Shown: positions 8,398 through 16,836 of the stretch, one piece after another | How positions within the stretch are numbered: position 1 is the first letter of the stretch | Layout: each line of letters starts with the position of its first letter | Origin: Bacillota bacterium | GTDB lineage: Bacteria > Bacillota > Clostridia > Peptostreptococcales > Anaerovoracaceae | Assembly (NCBI GenBank): GCA_017619905.1 | Contig: JAFZRK010000053.1 | Span: 1-26,932, forward strand | DNA length: 26,932 bases | Reading direction: 5' to 3' | The notes under the pieces: generated by a model | What the model saw: only the letters and a program-made list of their open reading frames with translations | What the model was told of the DNA's origin: nothing | Database searches by the model: none | Translations under genes and position numbers: made by a program

Positions 8398-8706
8398 ATG
8401 AAAGAGATAACGTTAACGACAGACAACTTCGCGGAAGAGGTGCTCCGGTCCGACCGGCCGGTGTTTGTGGACTTCTGGGCGTCGTGGTGCGGGCCGTGCA
8501 GGATGCTGGCGCCGGCCGTCGCGCGTCTGGCGGAGGAGCATCCGGAGATAAAGGTCGGCAAGGTGAACGTGGACGAGGAGCCGGAACTGGCAGGATTCTA
8601 CGCGGTCGCGGCCATCCCCACCATGATGCTTTTCGTGAACGGCGAGCCGGCAAAGAAGACCATGGGATTCATGCCCTACAGCGAGCTGGAGGCGTTCATA
8701 GGATAA
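8398..8706 (+). CDS. trxA: Thioredoxin
   Basis: VDFWASWCGPC active site, IPT cis-Pro motif, 102 aa. Confidence 0.95.
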   Translation: MKEITLTTDNFAEEVLRSDRPVFVDFWASWCGPCRMLAPAVARLAEEHPEIKVGKVNVDEEPELAGFYAVAAIPTMMLFVNGEPAKKTMGFMPYSELEAFIG

Positions 8707-8769
8707 CTGTACCGAAGCGGGCGGCAAAGGCGTTCTGAGGGCACGTCAGGGCCCTGCAGAGGCATACTG

Positions 8770-10155
8770 ATGGGAAACATCACTATTACTGAAAACGACA
8801 CAAAAAGAGATATAGCGCTTGCGGAAAAGATCGCGGAAAAAGTGCGGGCGGCGGGCGGAAGAGTGTTCTTCGTCGGCGGCTGCGTGCGCGACAAGCTGCT
8901 CTGCGGCGGCGAACTGCGCGGGGACATCGACATAGAGGTCCACGGCGTGGAGCCGTCGGTGCTCTGGGACGTGCTGAACGAGGTCGGCGAGCCCCTGCAG
9001 TACGGCAGCAGCTTCGGGATCTACGGGCTTTCCGGCAGCGCGCTGGACATAGCGATACCCCGCAAGGAACACGCCACCGGGCGCGGGCACCGCGATTTTG
9101 AGGTGTTCACGGATCCGTTCATCGGGCCGGAGGCGGCGGCCAGGCGCAGGGACTTTACCGTCAACGCGCTTATGGAGGACGTGCTGACCGGCGAGATCGT
9201 GGACCTCTACGGCGGCCGGGCGGATTTGGAAAAGAGGGTGCTGCGCTGCGTGGACCCGGAGAGCTTTGTGGAGGATCCGCTGCGAGTGCTGCGCTGCGCC
9301 AGATTTGCGGCTGTTCTCGGGTTTACCGTGGACCCGGCGACCGTCGAGCTCTGCTCCGGCATGGACCTTACGACCTTGTCCAAGGAACGCGTGGAGGGCG
9401 AGCTTAAGAAAGCGCTTATGAACAGCGAAAAACCGTCCATATTCTTCGAAGCGCTGAGGCAGATGCGTCAGCTATCGCCGTGGTTCGCGGAGCTGGAGCA
9501 GACCATAGGCCTTGAGCAGGACCCGGAGTACCACCCGGAGGGCGACGTATGGACCCACACGATGGAGGTCCTGGACCGCGCGGCGGGCTACCGCGCCAAG
9601 GCGGAACAGCCGTACCCGTTCATGATGCTGGCGCTTACGCACGACCTGGGCAAGATCGCGTCCACGGAGTTCGTCAACGGGCGCATCCACGCCTACGGCC
9701 ACGAGGCGGCGGGGCTTCCCATAATAGAGGGCTTCTTGAGGCGCCTAACGGAGGAGACCGCGCTCATCAGCTACGTGCTGAACATGGCGGAGCTGCACAT
9801 GAAGCCCAACATGATGGCTTTCAGCAAGTCCCCGGTCAAGTCCACCAACAAGATGTTCGACCAGGCGGCGTCCGCGCAGGACCTCATCTACATGGCCATG
9901 GCGGACCACCCGGTGAAGTCCGGCGATACGCCGTTCTCCGGCGACGCGGGCTTCCTGTTCGAGCGGCTGGAAAAATACAGGGAAACGATGGCGCAGCCCT
10001 ATGTCATGGGCCGCGACCTTATTGAGGCCGGTCTTAAGCCGGGCGACCAATTCGGCGAGTTGCTGGATTACGCCCACAAACTGCGCCTTGCCGGCATCGA
10101 CAAACAGACCGCGCTGAAGCAGGTCCTGGCCATGGCGCGGAAAAAAACAGAATAA
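8770..10155 (+). CDS. cca: CCA tRNA nucleotidyltransferase (class II) with HD domain
   Basis: VGGCVRD, DID, RRDFTVNAL, EDPLRVLR, HPEGDVWTHT, HDLGK. Confidence 0.88.
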   Translation: MGNITITENDTKRDIALAEKIAEKVRAAGGRVFFVGGCVRDKLLCGGELRGDIDIEVHGVEPSVLWDVLNEVGEPLQYGSSFGIYGLSGSALDIAIPRKEHATGRGHRDFEVFTDPFIGPEAAARRRDFTVNALMEDVLTGEIVDLYGGRADLEKRVLRCVDPESFVEDPLRVLRCARFAAVLGFTVDPATVELCSGMDLTTLSKERVEGELKKALMNSEKPSIFFEALRQMRQLSPWFAELEQTIGLEQDPEYHPEGDVWTHTMEVLDRAAGYRAKAEQPYPFMMLALTHDLGKIASTEFVNGRIHAYGHEAAGLPIIEGFLRRLTEETALISYVLNMAELHMKPNMMAFSKSPVKSTNKMFDQAASAQDLIYMAMADHPVKSGDTPFSGDAGFLFERLEKYRETMAQPYVMGRDLIEAGLKPGDQFGELLDYAHKLRLAGIDKQTALKQVLAMARKKTE

Positions 10156-10180
10156 TAGTAAAAAGCTGTTAGTTTTATGC

Positions 10181-10378
10181 AAAACAGGGTGAAGCTGCTG
10201 GGACATTTCCCCCTGTTTTCGTTTTTTTGACCGATCAGGGGGACGATTCGAGCTGGAGTTTCCCCCTGTTTTAATGTTTTTTTAAATTACAGGGGGAAAG
10301 GAGGATATATTCTTCCCCCTGTTTTCGGTAAGATTACTAAAACAGGGGGAAACCCTCCCGGTTTTCTTCCCCCTGTTT
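10181..10378. repeat. Array of eight alternately oriented TTCCCCCTGTTTT / AAAACAGGGGGAA motifs, ~53-bp period
   Basis: Forward copies start at 10207, 10260, 10313, 10367. Reverse copies (CAGGG core) are at 10185, 10236, 10290, 10343. Linkers are variable and AT-rich. Confidence 0.9.
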
Positions 10379-10459
10379 CATGTTTTTATTCAATAATTGG
10401 GACGAGCGGGCTCTGCCCTTTTTTATATTTTAATATAACTGAGCCGTTCGATTCGGCGT

Positions 10460-10476
10460 AAAGGGCCGGCCCCTTT
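10460..10476. terminator. Possible bidirectional terminator hairpin
   Basis: AAAGGG-ccggc-CCCTTT between convergent cca and GDPD genes; short stem. Confidence 0.35.
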
Positions 10477-10512
10477 GATTTACAGGAACCGTCGACCCCC
10501 GAAGATTATTGC

Positions 10513-10531
10513 GCAACTAAATATCAGTTAC
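10513..10531. repeat. GCAACT-N7-AGTTGC palindrome, copy D
   Basis: GCAACT aaatatc AGTTAC (1 mismatch), ~40 nt past the GDPD stop. Spacer is identical to copy C reversed. Confidence 0.75.
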
Positions 10532-10567
10532 GCCAGTTTGTTCGGGCCAAACCGCAAGAATCAGTTA

Positions 10568-11344
10568 CTACAGTTCGTTCGGGTCAAACCTCTCGAAGAT
10601 GTTGATGTAGCCGAGGCGCTCGGCCTCCTTGAAGTCCTCCGGGGTGTGGATGGTCCATGCGACGCCCTGGATGCCTTTGCGCACGGCGCGCCTGAACGCC
10701 GCGTTGTCGCGGTAATCGAAATTGTAGGCCACGAAATCCGGCTTGGACAGGAAGTTGAGCCTAAGATCGGTCAGCAGACGGCGCGTGTTCTTTGGGCAGG
10801 TGCCCGGATCCTTCACGAAATCCGACGCCAGCTGGCCGCGGACTATCTCCGGACGCAGCTCGCGCACCGCCTTTATGGCGCGCGGGTCGAAACTCTCTAT
10901 GCAGAACAGCCCTTTGTAGCTGTCCAGGCGCTCGCAGACCTTCTCCGCCAGCTCCTGATAGTTGCCGTCCACCACTTTCAGCTCGATTATGAGCGGGTAG
11001 CCGCTGTCCTCGAACAGCGTCAGCACCTCGTTGAAGAGCGGTACTTTTTCGTTGGTGCCCTCCAGGCGCAGCTCGCGCACTTCCTCCAGCGTACGGCCTT
11101 CGATGGTGCCCGGCTCGCCGGTGGTGCGGTCCGTGGTGTCGTCGTGGAACACGACGAGCTTGCCGTCCTTGGTCAGGTGCACGTCCAGCTCCGCGCCGAA
11201 ATGGTTGCGGATGGCGCGGATGAAGGCCCCGATCGAGTTCTCCGGCACCTGCGGCTTGTCGTGGAACCCGCGGTGCGCGTAGCGGAACTTCCTCAGCTCT
11301 TCCAGTTTCGGGTGGCCTGTGCGGCCTGTAAAGAATTCACGCAT
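10568..11344 (-). CDS. Glycerophosphodiester phosphodiesterase family protein
   Basis: YAHRG, PENS, ELDVHLTKDG..VVFHD, IIELK. Confidence 0.93.
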   Translation of the reverse strand: MREFFTGRTGHPKLEELRKFRYAHRGFHDKPQVPENSIGAFIRAIRNHFGAELDVHLTKDGKLVVFHDDTTDRTTGEPGTIEGRTLEEVRELRLEGTNEKVPLFNEVLTLFEDSGYPLIIELKVVDGNYQELAEKVCERLDSYKGLFCIESFDPRAIKAVRELRPEIVRGQLASDFVKDPGTCPKNTRRLLTDLRLNFLSKPDFVAYNFDYRDNAAFRRAVRKGIQGVAWTIHTPEDFKEAERLGYINIFERFDPNEL

Positions 11345-11367
11345 TGCAGTTAACTTAGCTAATTAGA

Positions 11368-12147
11368 TTAAGGGTTGCAGCGTTTACATGGTTCATATCC
11401 AGCATTGATTGGTTCTGATCTGTCACCATAAAAGAGTACCATGTTGCTCTCTTTCATATCTGTTACGCTGGAGCACCAAGGATAATGGAATTTCTTAGAA
11501 TTTCTATTTCCAACAAACGATGCATTCTTAGTATCTTTCTTTTCTCGTTCAGCTTTTTCTTTAGCTTCCTGCTCGGCTTTGGCTTTCGCTTCAGCCTCAG
11601 CTTTTTCTTTAGCTTCCTGCTCGGCTTTGGCTTTCGCTTCAGCCTCCGCCTTAGCTTTGGCTTCCTGTTCTGCTTTAGCCTTTGCTTCAGCCTCAGCTTT
11701 AGCCTTCGCTTCCTGCTCAGCCTTAGCTTTAGCCTCTTGCTCAGCTTTGGCTTTAGCCTCAGCATCTGCTTTAGCCTTTGCCTCCTTGTCCGCTTTAGCT
11801 TTTGCTTCGGCGTCTGCTTTTGCCTGTGCTTCCTGTTCAGCCTTTAGTTGTGCTTCCGCGTCAGCCTCAGCTTTAGCCTTGGCTTCTTGTTCTGCTATTT
11901 TCTCTGCCTCTGCTTTGGCTTGTGCTTCCGCTTCAGCATCGTTCTTTTCTTCTTGTGTAACGACTTCTTCAGTGTTCTGGGTAGATTCAACAGAATTGAC
12001 GATAGCGGAACTAGCTTTTTTCGAAGAACCGCATGATTCAAGCGTAAGCATCGCGCCAACTAAAAACAATGCGGCAATTCCGATTACAAGCTTTTTTCTT
12101 TTACATTCAGTCTTTTTTACAGATTCTTGTTTGCCGATAAAACGCAT
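11368..12147 (-). CDS. Low-GC lipoprotein with Ala/Lys/Glu helical repeats and a C-terminal Ada-like metal-binding domain
   Basis: Signal peptide ending LESC; (KAKAEQEA/KAKAEAEA)n; C-terminus GNRNSKKFHYPWC...GYEPCKRCNP. Markedly AT-richer than neighbours. Confidence 0.8.
   Translation of the reverse strand: MRFIGKQESVKKTECKRKKLVIGIAALFLVGAMLTLESCGSSKKASSAIVNSVESTQNTEEVVTQEEKNDAEAEAQAKAEAEKIAEQEAKAKAEADAEAQLKAEQEAQAKADAEAKAKADKEAKAKADAEAKAKAEQEAKAKAEQEAKAKAEAEAKAKAEQEAKAKAEAEAKAKAEQEAKEKAEAEAKAKAEQEAKEKAEREKKDTKNASFVGNRNSKKFHYPWCSSVTDMKESNMVLFYGDRSEPINAGYEPCKRCNP
11549..11646. repeat. Exact 48-bp tandem duplication within the 24-bp-period coding repeat
   Basis: 11549-11596 is identical to 11597-11644. 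Confidence 0.9.
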
Positions 12148-12171
12148 AACTTTGCCTCACATTATAAACTG

Positions 12172-12729
12172 TTATTTCTTTTTACCCAGAATGTATCCGA
12201 ACACGGCGCCGACGATGCCGCCGACTATGTGCGCCATGTTGGAGATGTTGTCCTTAACGAACAGGCCGTCGTAGACCTGCTGCCCAAGGTAGACGATCGC
12301 CACCAGGATGAAGGTGACGGGGATCTCGCCCTTCTTGAAGCTGGTGAAGGACGTCATCAGGATGAACGCGAACACTATTCCGCTGGCTCCGCAGAGCGCG
12401 ATGTTCGGGAAGAAGATGTAGTTCACCACGCCGGTGATCAGCGCGGTAAGGGCCATAACGCCCAGCAGGCGTTTTGCGCCGTATTTCTCCTCCAGCATCG
12501 GCCCCAGCAGCAGGATGTAGGACATGTTGCCTATGAAGTGCTGCCAGCCGCTGTGCCCCAGCGCGTGCCCGAAGAAGCGCACGTAGGTGAGCGGGTCCGC
12601 CAGCGAGCTGTGATAGGTCATGAACAGCAGACGGTTGCTTGCGCCCGCGGTGACGATATTAAGGATCATTGCCGCCAGGCTCAGGAACACGAATCCCAGG
12701 ATCAGCGGCGAATTGAATTTGATCTTCAT
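12172..12729 (-). CDS. Rhomboid family intramembrane serine protease
   Basis: H..W.HF..NM, GASG catalytic Ser, AH..G catalytic His. Confidence 0.92.
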   Translation of the reverse strand: MKIKFNSPLILGFVFLSLAAMILNIVTAGASNRLLFMTYHSSLADPLTYVRFFGHALGHSGWQHFIGNMSYILLLGPMLEEKYGAKRLLGVMALTALITGVVNYIFFPNIALCGASGIVFAFILMTSFTSFKKGEIPVTFILVAIVYLGQQVYDGLFVKDNISNMAHIVGGIVGAVFGYILGKKK

Positions 12730-12762
12730 TATTGCTTGGAGCTCCGGAACGTTCTCAGAAGC

Positions 12763-14097
12763 TTAGTCGTCCATGTCCTCGTAGGCGGCCAGGCCCTTCT
12801 TGGCTTCGACCTTGGCGTCGCCGTGCCTTACGAAGGTCATGGTAACGAAGGCCAGCGCGATGAATACGGCCGAGTACGGGAAGAGCACCTTGTAGTCGAT
12901 CTGGCGCATCAGCGTTCCGGCCAGGATCGGGGTCACCACCTGAGCCGCCATGGAAGCGGTGTAGTAGTAGCCGGTGAACTTACCGATATCGGAGCCCTTG
13001 CACATTTCAACGACCATCGGCAGGGAGTTTACGTTGATGGCTGCCCAAGCAAAGCCTATTAAAACGAACACAACGTACATTATAATGGTTATCTTTGTCA
13101 TCGAGGTCGTCAGGACGTAGCACAGCGCGAAGCACACTGCAAGCAGTATGCAGCCCATGCGTATCGTCTTTCTGCGGCCCAGCTTGGAAGCGATGATGCC
13201 TATCGGAATGTAGGAGACGATGGCGCCGCCGGTGGCTACCATAAGGATGCGGGACGATTCGCCCAGGCCCATGCCCATGACCTGGCTGGCGTAGGTGGTG
13301 AACCAGGTTGTGACTCCGTTGTAGCCGATGAACCACAGCGCTATGGACGCAAGCAGGAACCCCAAGCTCTTCTTTACCGCGGGCGGCAGGGTCTCGTGGC
13401 CGGAGCCGTCGTCCTCCGCAAGGTTCCACTCGGGGTGCTGGGCCTCCAGGGCCTTGTTCTCCTCGACCAGCTTGGGCTCTTTGACGGTAAGGAACAGGAT
13501 GCCCACGCCTACGAACATTATCGCGGATACTATCATGAACAGCGGCTGGTAGTTTACGTGATCCAGGCCGGCTGTCTTGGATTTCGGGTACATTACCGCG
13601 GCTATGCCCAGGTAGATTATTCCGCCCACCGCGCCCATCAGGTTGATTATGGCGTTGGCCTTGGAACGCAGCGGCTTGGGGGTTACGTCCGGCATCAGCG
13701 CTACGGCCGGCGAACGGTAGACGCCCATGGCTATCAGCAGCAGGGCCAGCGTTACGACGAAGGAGATGATCTTGGCGTTGGACGGGGCGGCGAAGTAGCC
13801 GTTGTCGAAGAGCGGCAGGATGTTCATCAAGATGACTGCGCAGCCCGTGCCGAAGAGTATGAACGGCATGCGCTTGCCGATCTTAGTGCCCGCCTTGTCG
13901 GACAAGCTTCCGAAGAACGGCAGCAGGAACAGCGCCAGAACGTTGTCCGCGCCCATTATGACGCCCGAGACGGTCTCGTTCATGTGGAAGGTATTGGTGA
14001 GGATCATGGGCACGACGTTGTCGTACATCTGCCAGAACGCGCAGATGGTGAGGAACGCCAGACCCACGAGTATGGTCCGCTTGTTGTTGAGCTTCAT
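12763..14097 (-). CDS. MFS transporter (SLC45/maltose-permease-like)
   Basis: About 12 TMs, GSLSDK..TKIGKRMPF motif A, KLGRRK in the second half, ALMPD.TP. Confidence 0.9.
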   Translation of the reverse strand: MKLNNKRTILVGLAFLTICAFWQMYDNVVPMILTNTFHMNETVSGVIMGADNVLALFLLPFFGSLSDKAGTKIGKRMPFILFGTGCAVILMNILPLFDNGYFAAPSNAKIISFVVTLALLLIAMGVYRSPAVALMPDVTPKPLRSKANAIINLMGAVGGIIYLGIAAVMYPKSKTAGLDHVNYQPLFMIVSAIMFVGVGILFLTVKEPKLVEENKALEAQHPEWNLAEDDGSGHETLPPAVKKSLGFLLASIALWFIGYNGVTTWFTTYASQVMGMGLGESSRILMVATGGAIVSYIPIGIIASKLGRRKTIRMGCILLAVCFALCYVLTTSMTKITIIMYVVFVLIGFAWAAINVNSLPMVVEMCKGSDIGKFTGYYYTASMAAQVVTPILAGTLMRQIDYKVLFPYSAVFIALAFVTMTFVRHGDAKVEAKKGLAAYEDMDD

Positions 14098-14136
14098 TTT
14101 GGACTCCTTTCGCGTAAAGAGTTATTCAACTATATT

Positions 14137-14145
14137 ATTATATCA
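14137..14145 (-). promoter_or_regulatory. Extended -10 promoter of the MFS-rhomboid genes
   Basis: TGATATAAT on the minus strand, AAAGGAG SD downstream. Confidence 0.65.
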
Positions 14146-14167
14146 TAGGGGACGGGCGCTTACAGTC

Positions 14168-14237
14168 TACAGCAGGCCCTCTTTGAGCGCCGCCAGGACA
14201 TTGTTTACAGCAGGCCCTCTTTGAGCGCCGCCAGGAC
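14168..14237. repeat. 32-bp direct duplication of the HAD gene 3' end
   Basis: TACAGCAGGCCCTCTTTGAGCGCCGCCAGGAC at 14168-14199 and 14206-14237. Confidence 0.9.
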
Positions 14238-15137
14238 GTCGGCGATGTCGCGGAATACGTAGGTGGGGTGCACGCCGTACTTTTCGCAGTCCTCCACCGT
14301 GCCCTCGCCGGACAGCACCAGGATGGTGTCGATGCCGGCGTTGTTTCCGCAGGCGATGTCCGTGTAGAGGCGGTCGCCGATCAGGACGGTCTCCTCCGGC
14401 GCGGCGCCGTATTTTTTGAGCGCGGAATATACCATCTGCGGCTGGGGCTTGCCGATGATGACGGGCTCGCGGCCGGTGCAGACTTTCAGCGAATGGATGA
14501 TCAGACCGATATCCGGCTCGTTGCCGTTTTCGGTGGGGCAGACGAGATCCGGGTGGGTGGCCACGTAGTCTGCGCCCATGTCCAGCAGGCGCACGCAGTT
14601 GACAAGTTTTTCGTATGTGAGCTCCGTGTCGTAGCCAAGCAGAACGACGGGAAATGTTGATTTTTCAAGGGATCTGGGGTCAGCGCTCCGGACGGGTGCA
14701 GGGGCGTGTCCCGTGGACTCGGAACCCGGCGCGCCAGCGCAACTATACTTCAGTTGCTCAAATATGGCGGCCAGCTCCGCCTCCGTGAGCACTTTAAGCC
14801 CCACGGTTCTCAGCTGGCTCTTCAGGTTCTCCGTGCCGCATACATAGTAGGCGGCCGGCGGGTCATTCTCTTTGCCCGGCGCGAACGGCGCGTAGGTCTT
14901 CTTCAGATAGTCTATGGTGGCGTCCGTGGACGTCAGGAAGCTGAACGGCTTCTGCGGAATGCCCAGGCGCTCCATCTTAGCCAGGTAGCCCTCGATCCCG
15001 CGCGAGCTGTTGTTGGTCAGGAACGCGTACTGTCCGCCGCTTGCTTTTACCCACGACAAAAACTCCGCGGTGCCTTCGAAAAGGCGCTCGCCCAGATAGA
15101 TGGTCCCGTCCATGTCGAGTAAGAACAGTTTTTTCAT
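14205..15137 (-). CDS. HAD-IIA (NagD-like) phosphatase with a ~35-aa insertion
   Basis: LLDMDGTIY, LTNNS, IGKP, IGDRLYTD motifs. ATG at 15137 overlaps the GNAT stop (ATGA). Confidence 0.92.
   Translation of the reverse strand: MKKLFLLDMDGTIYLGERLFEGTAEFLSWVKASGGQYAFLTNNSSRGIEGYLAKMERLGIPQKPFSFLTSTDATIDYLKKTYAPFAPGKENDPPAAYYVCGTENLKSQLRTVGLKVLTEAELAAIFEQLKYSCAGAPGSESTGHAPAPVRSADPRSLEKSTFPVVLLGYDTELTYEKLVNCVRLLDMGADYVATHPDLVCPTENGNEPDIGLIIHSLKVCTGREPVIIGKPQPQMVYSALKKYGAAPEETVLIGDRLYTDIACGNNAGIDTILVLSGEGTVEDCEKYGVHPTYVFRDIADVLAALKEGLL
14739..14757. repeat. GCAACT-N7-AGTTGC palindrome, copy E (inside HAD insertion)
   Basis: GCAACT atacttc AGTTGC (perfect arms). Confidence 0.8.
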
Positions 15138-15694
15138 CCCATCGCCTCGTATTCGCTGCGGAGGATGCTCCAGACGCACAGATCCACAATGCCGGTGTTG
15201 TCCGACGCCGCCTGGCGCAGAGTGCCCTCGTACTGAAGCCCGCACTTGTGCATCACCTTGCCGGAGTTGGGGTTTTCCACGTTGTGTCGCGCCTCCAGGC
15301 GGTTGACTCCAACCTCGTCGAACATGAAGCGTATCACCGCCTCGAATGCCTCGCTGGTTATGCCCTGATGCCACCACTTTTTGCCTATGCAGTATCCAAT
15401 GGATACTATATTATGTTTTTCGTTCATTGAAACGACCGAAATCGACCCGATCGGCTCGTTTATCTCCTTCAGGACTATCGCCCACTGGTAGCAGGACGGG
15501 TCCGCGTAGTTTGCCGCCCAGAGCTTCAGCAGCTCGCGCGTGATCTGCGGGTCCTTGTGCGGCTGCCAGGTCAGGTGCTTGGTAACGTCCGGGTCGCTGG
15601 CCCAGTTGTCGAACATGGCCTGCGCGTCGTCCTCGGTGAAGCGCCGCAGGATCAGCCGCCCGGTCTCAAGTTGTACAGTTCCTTTGTGTTCCAT
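15134..15694 (-). CDS. GNAT family N-acetyltransferase (RimJ/RimL-like)
   Basis: LETGRLILRRF, IGYCIGKKWWHQGITSEA, N..S.KVM.KCG. Start may be TTG 15700. Confidence 0.92.
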   Translation of the reverse strand: MEHKGTVQLETGRLILRRFTEDDAQAMFDNWASDPDVTKHLTWQPHKDPQITRELLKLWAANYADPSCYQWAIVLKEINEPIGSISVVSMNEKHNIVSIGYCIGKKWWHQGITSEAFEAVIRFMFDEVGVNRLEARHNVENPNSGKVMHKCGLQYEGTLRQAASDNTGIVDLCVWSILRSEYEAMG

Positions 15695-15771
15695 GATCAA
15701 GTGCCGGCAGTCCGCCGACTTTCAGTTATTTCGCTCAGATTCCGGGGCTTTTACTATCGGCCCCCAAACGT

Positions 15772-16836
15772 TCAGAAATTTGGCGCAGTCTCCGCGAATG
15801 CCGCCATAAGCTTGCCGGCCGCCTCAATGTCCGCGATGCTGCAGACTTCCTGGGGCGAATGCACGTAGCGTGTGCCTATCGAAACGCCGCAGGTCCATAC
15901 GCCGCCTGCGTTCTTGCGCATCTCGCTTCCGTCCGTGCCGCCCGCCTGGATGACGTCCACCTGCCAGGGAATGCGTTTTTTATCCGCGATGGCCTTGAGC
16001 GCGGCCACCATCTCCGGATGGCAGATGACGGACTTGTCCATCACTTTTATCGCAGCGCCCTTGCCCGGGATTGAGGTCCCCATGTGTTTGGACTTGGGTG
16101 CGTCGTCCGTAAGCGTGGTGTCGCAGACTATGGCGTACTGCGGGTCTACGTGGAAGGACGCGGGCTTTCCGCCGCGCAGACCTACTTCCTCCTGCACCGT
16201 GAACACGAAATAGCAGTCGAAAACGGGCTTTCTGAGCGACTCCAGCGCCAGCAGCTGCGCAATGACGCCTGCGCGGTTGTCCACGTAGGGGGAAACGACA
16301 AAGCCGTTGCCCAGCGCTCTGGTAGGCGTATCGAACACGGCCATGTCGCCCTTCTGCACCAGTTTTTCCGCTTCCTTGCGGCTCGATGCGCCAATGTCTA
16401 TGAACATGCTGTCGATCGCGGGCTTGTCCGCGTCCGCGTCGCAGCCGATGGTGCCGACCGTGCCGTTGGCGAAACGCACCGGGATGGCCTTGAGGTCCTC
16501 CGGATGCAGCACGCCCACCATGCCGAAGCGCAGCAGCCCGTTCTCTTCTATATAAGTTACTATCATGCCTATGGAGTCCATGTGGGCTGCGAACATCAGC
16601 TTCGGAACAGTCGGATGGTCTTCGGGCGGCAGGGCTATCGGCAGCTCGCTCTGAGTGTTGGTACGTCTGCCGGTCCTGGCCGCGCGTTTAACGACGATAA
16701 GGTTGCCCATCACGTCCGGGTACATGTCGTCCGCGAAGGGTCTGGCCAGCTCCGCGATCTTTTCTCTTATCTGATCCTCGCAGCCGGACGGCCCGAAGCA
16801 GGCGTTGAGTTCTTTAAGTGTTTTCAGAATATCCAT
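15772..16836 (-). CDS. M42 family aminopeptidase (paralog 3)
   Basis: AAHMD, DNRAG, QEEVG, CD, YVHSP metal ligands. Confidence 0.9.
   Translation of the reverse strand: MDILKTLKELNACFGPSGCEDQIREKIAELARPFADDMYPDVMGNLIVVKRAARTGRRTNTQSELPIALPPEDHPTVPKLMFAAHMDSIGMIVTYIEENGLLRFGMVGVLHPEDLKAIPVRFANGTVGTIGCDADADKPAIDSMFIDIGASSRKEAEKLVQKGDMAVFDTPTRALGNGFVVSPYVDNRAGVIAQLLALESLRKPVFDCYFVFTVQEEVGLRGGKPASFHVDPQYAIVCDTTLTDDAPKSKHMGTSIPGKGAAIKVMDKSVICHPEMVAALKAIADKKRIPWQVDVIQAGGTDGSEMRKNAGGVWTCGVSIGTRYVHSPQEVCSIADIEAAGKLMAAFAETAPNF

Noticed and set aside
10181-10378. Array as a CRISPR locus
   Set aside because: Units alternate in orientation, the conserved part is only 13 bp, variable parts are ~13-20 nt, and no cas genes or leader are seen.
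11345-12171. Low-GC gene as an integron cassette
   Set aside because: A GTTATGC-like core lies at the start, but only ~23 bp follow the stop, too short for attC, and no integrase is present.
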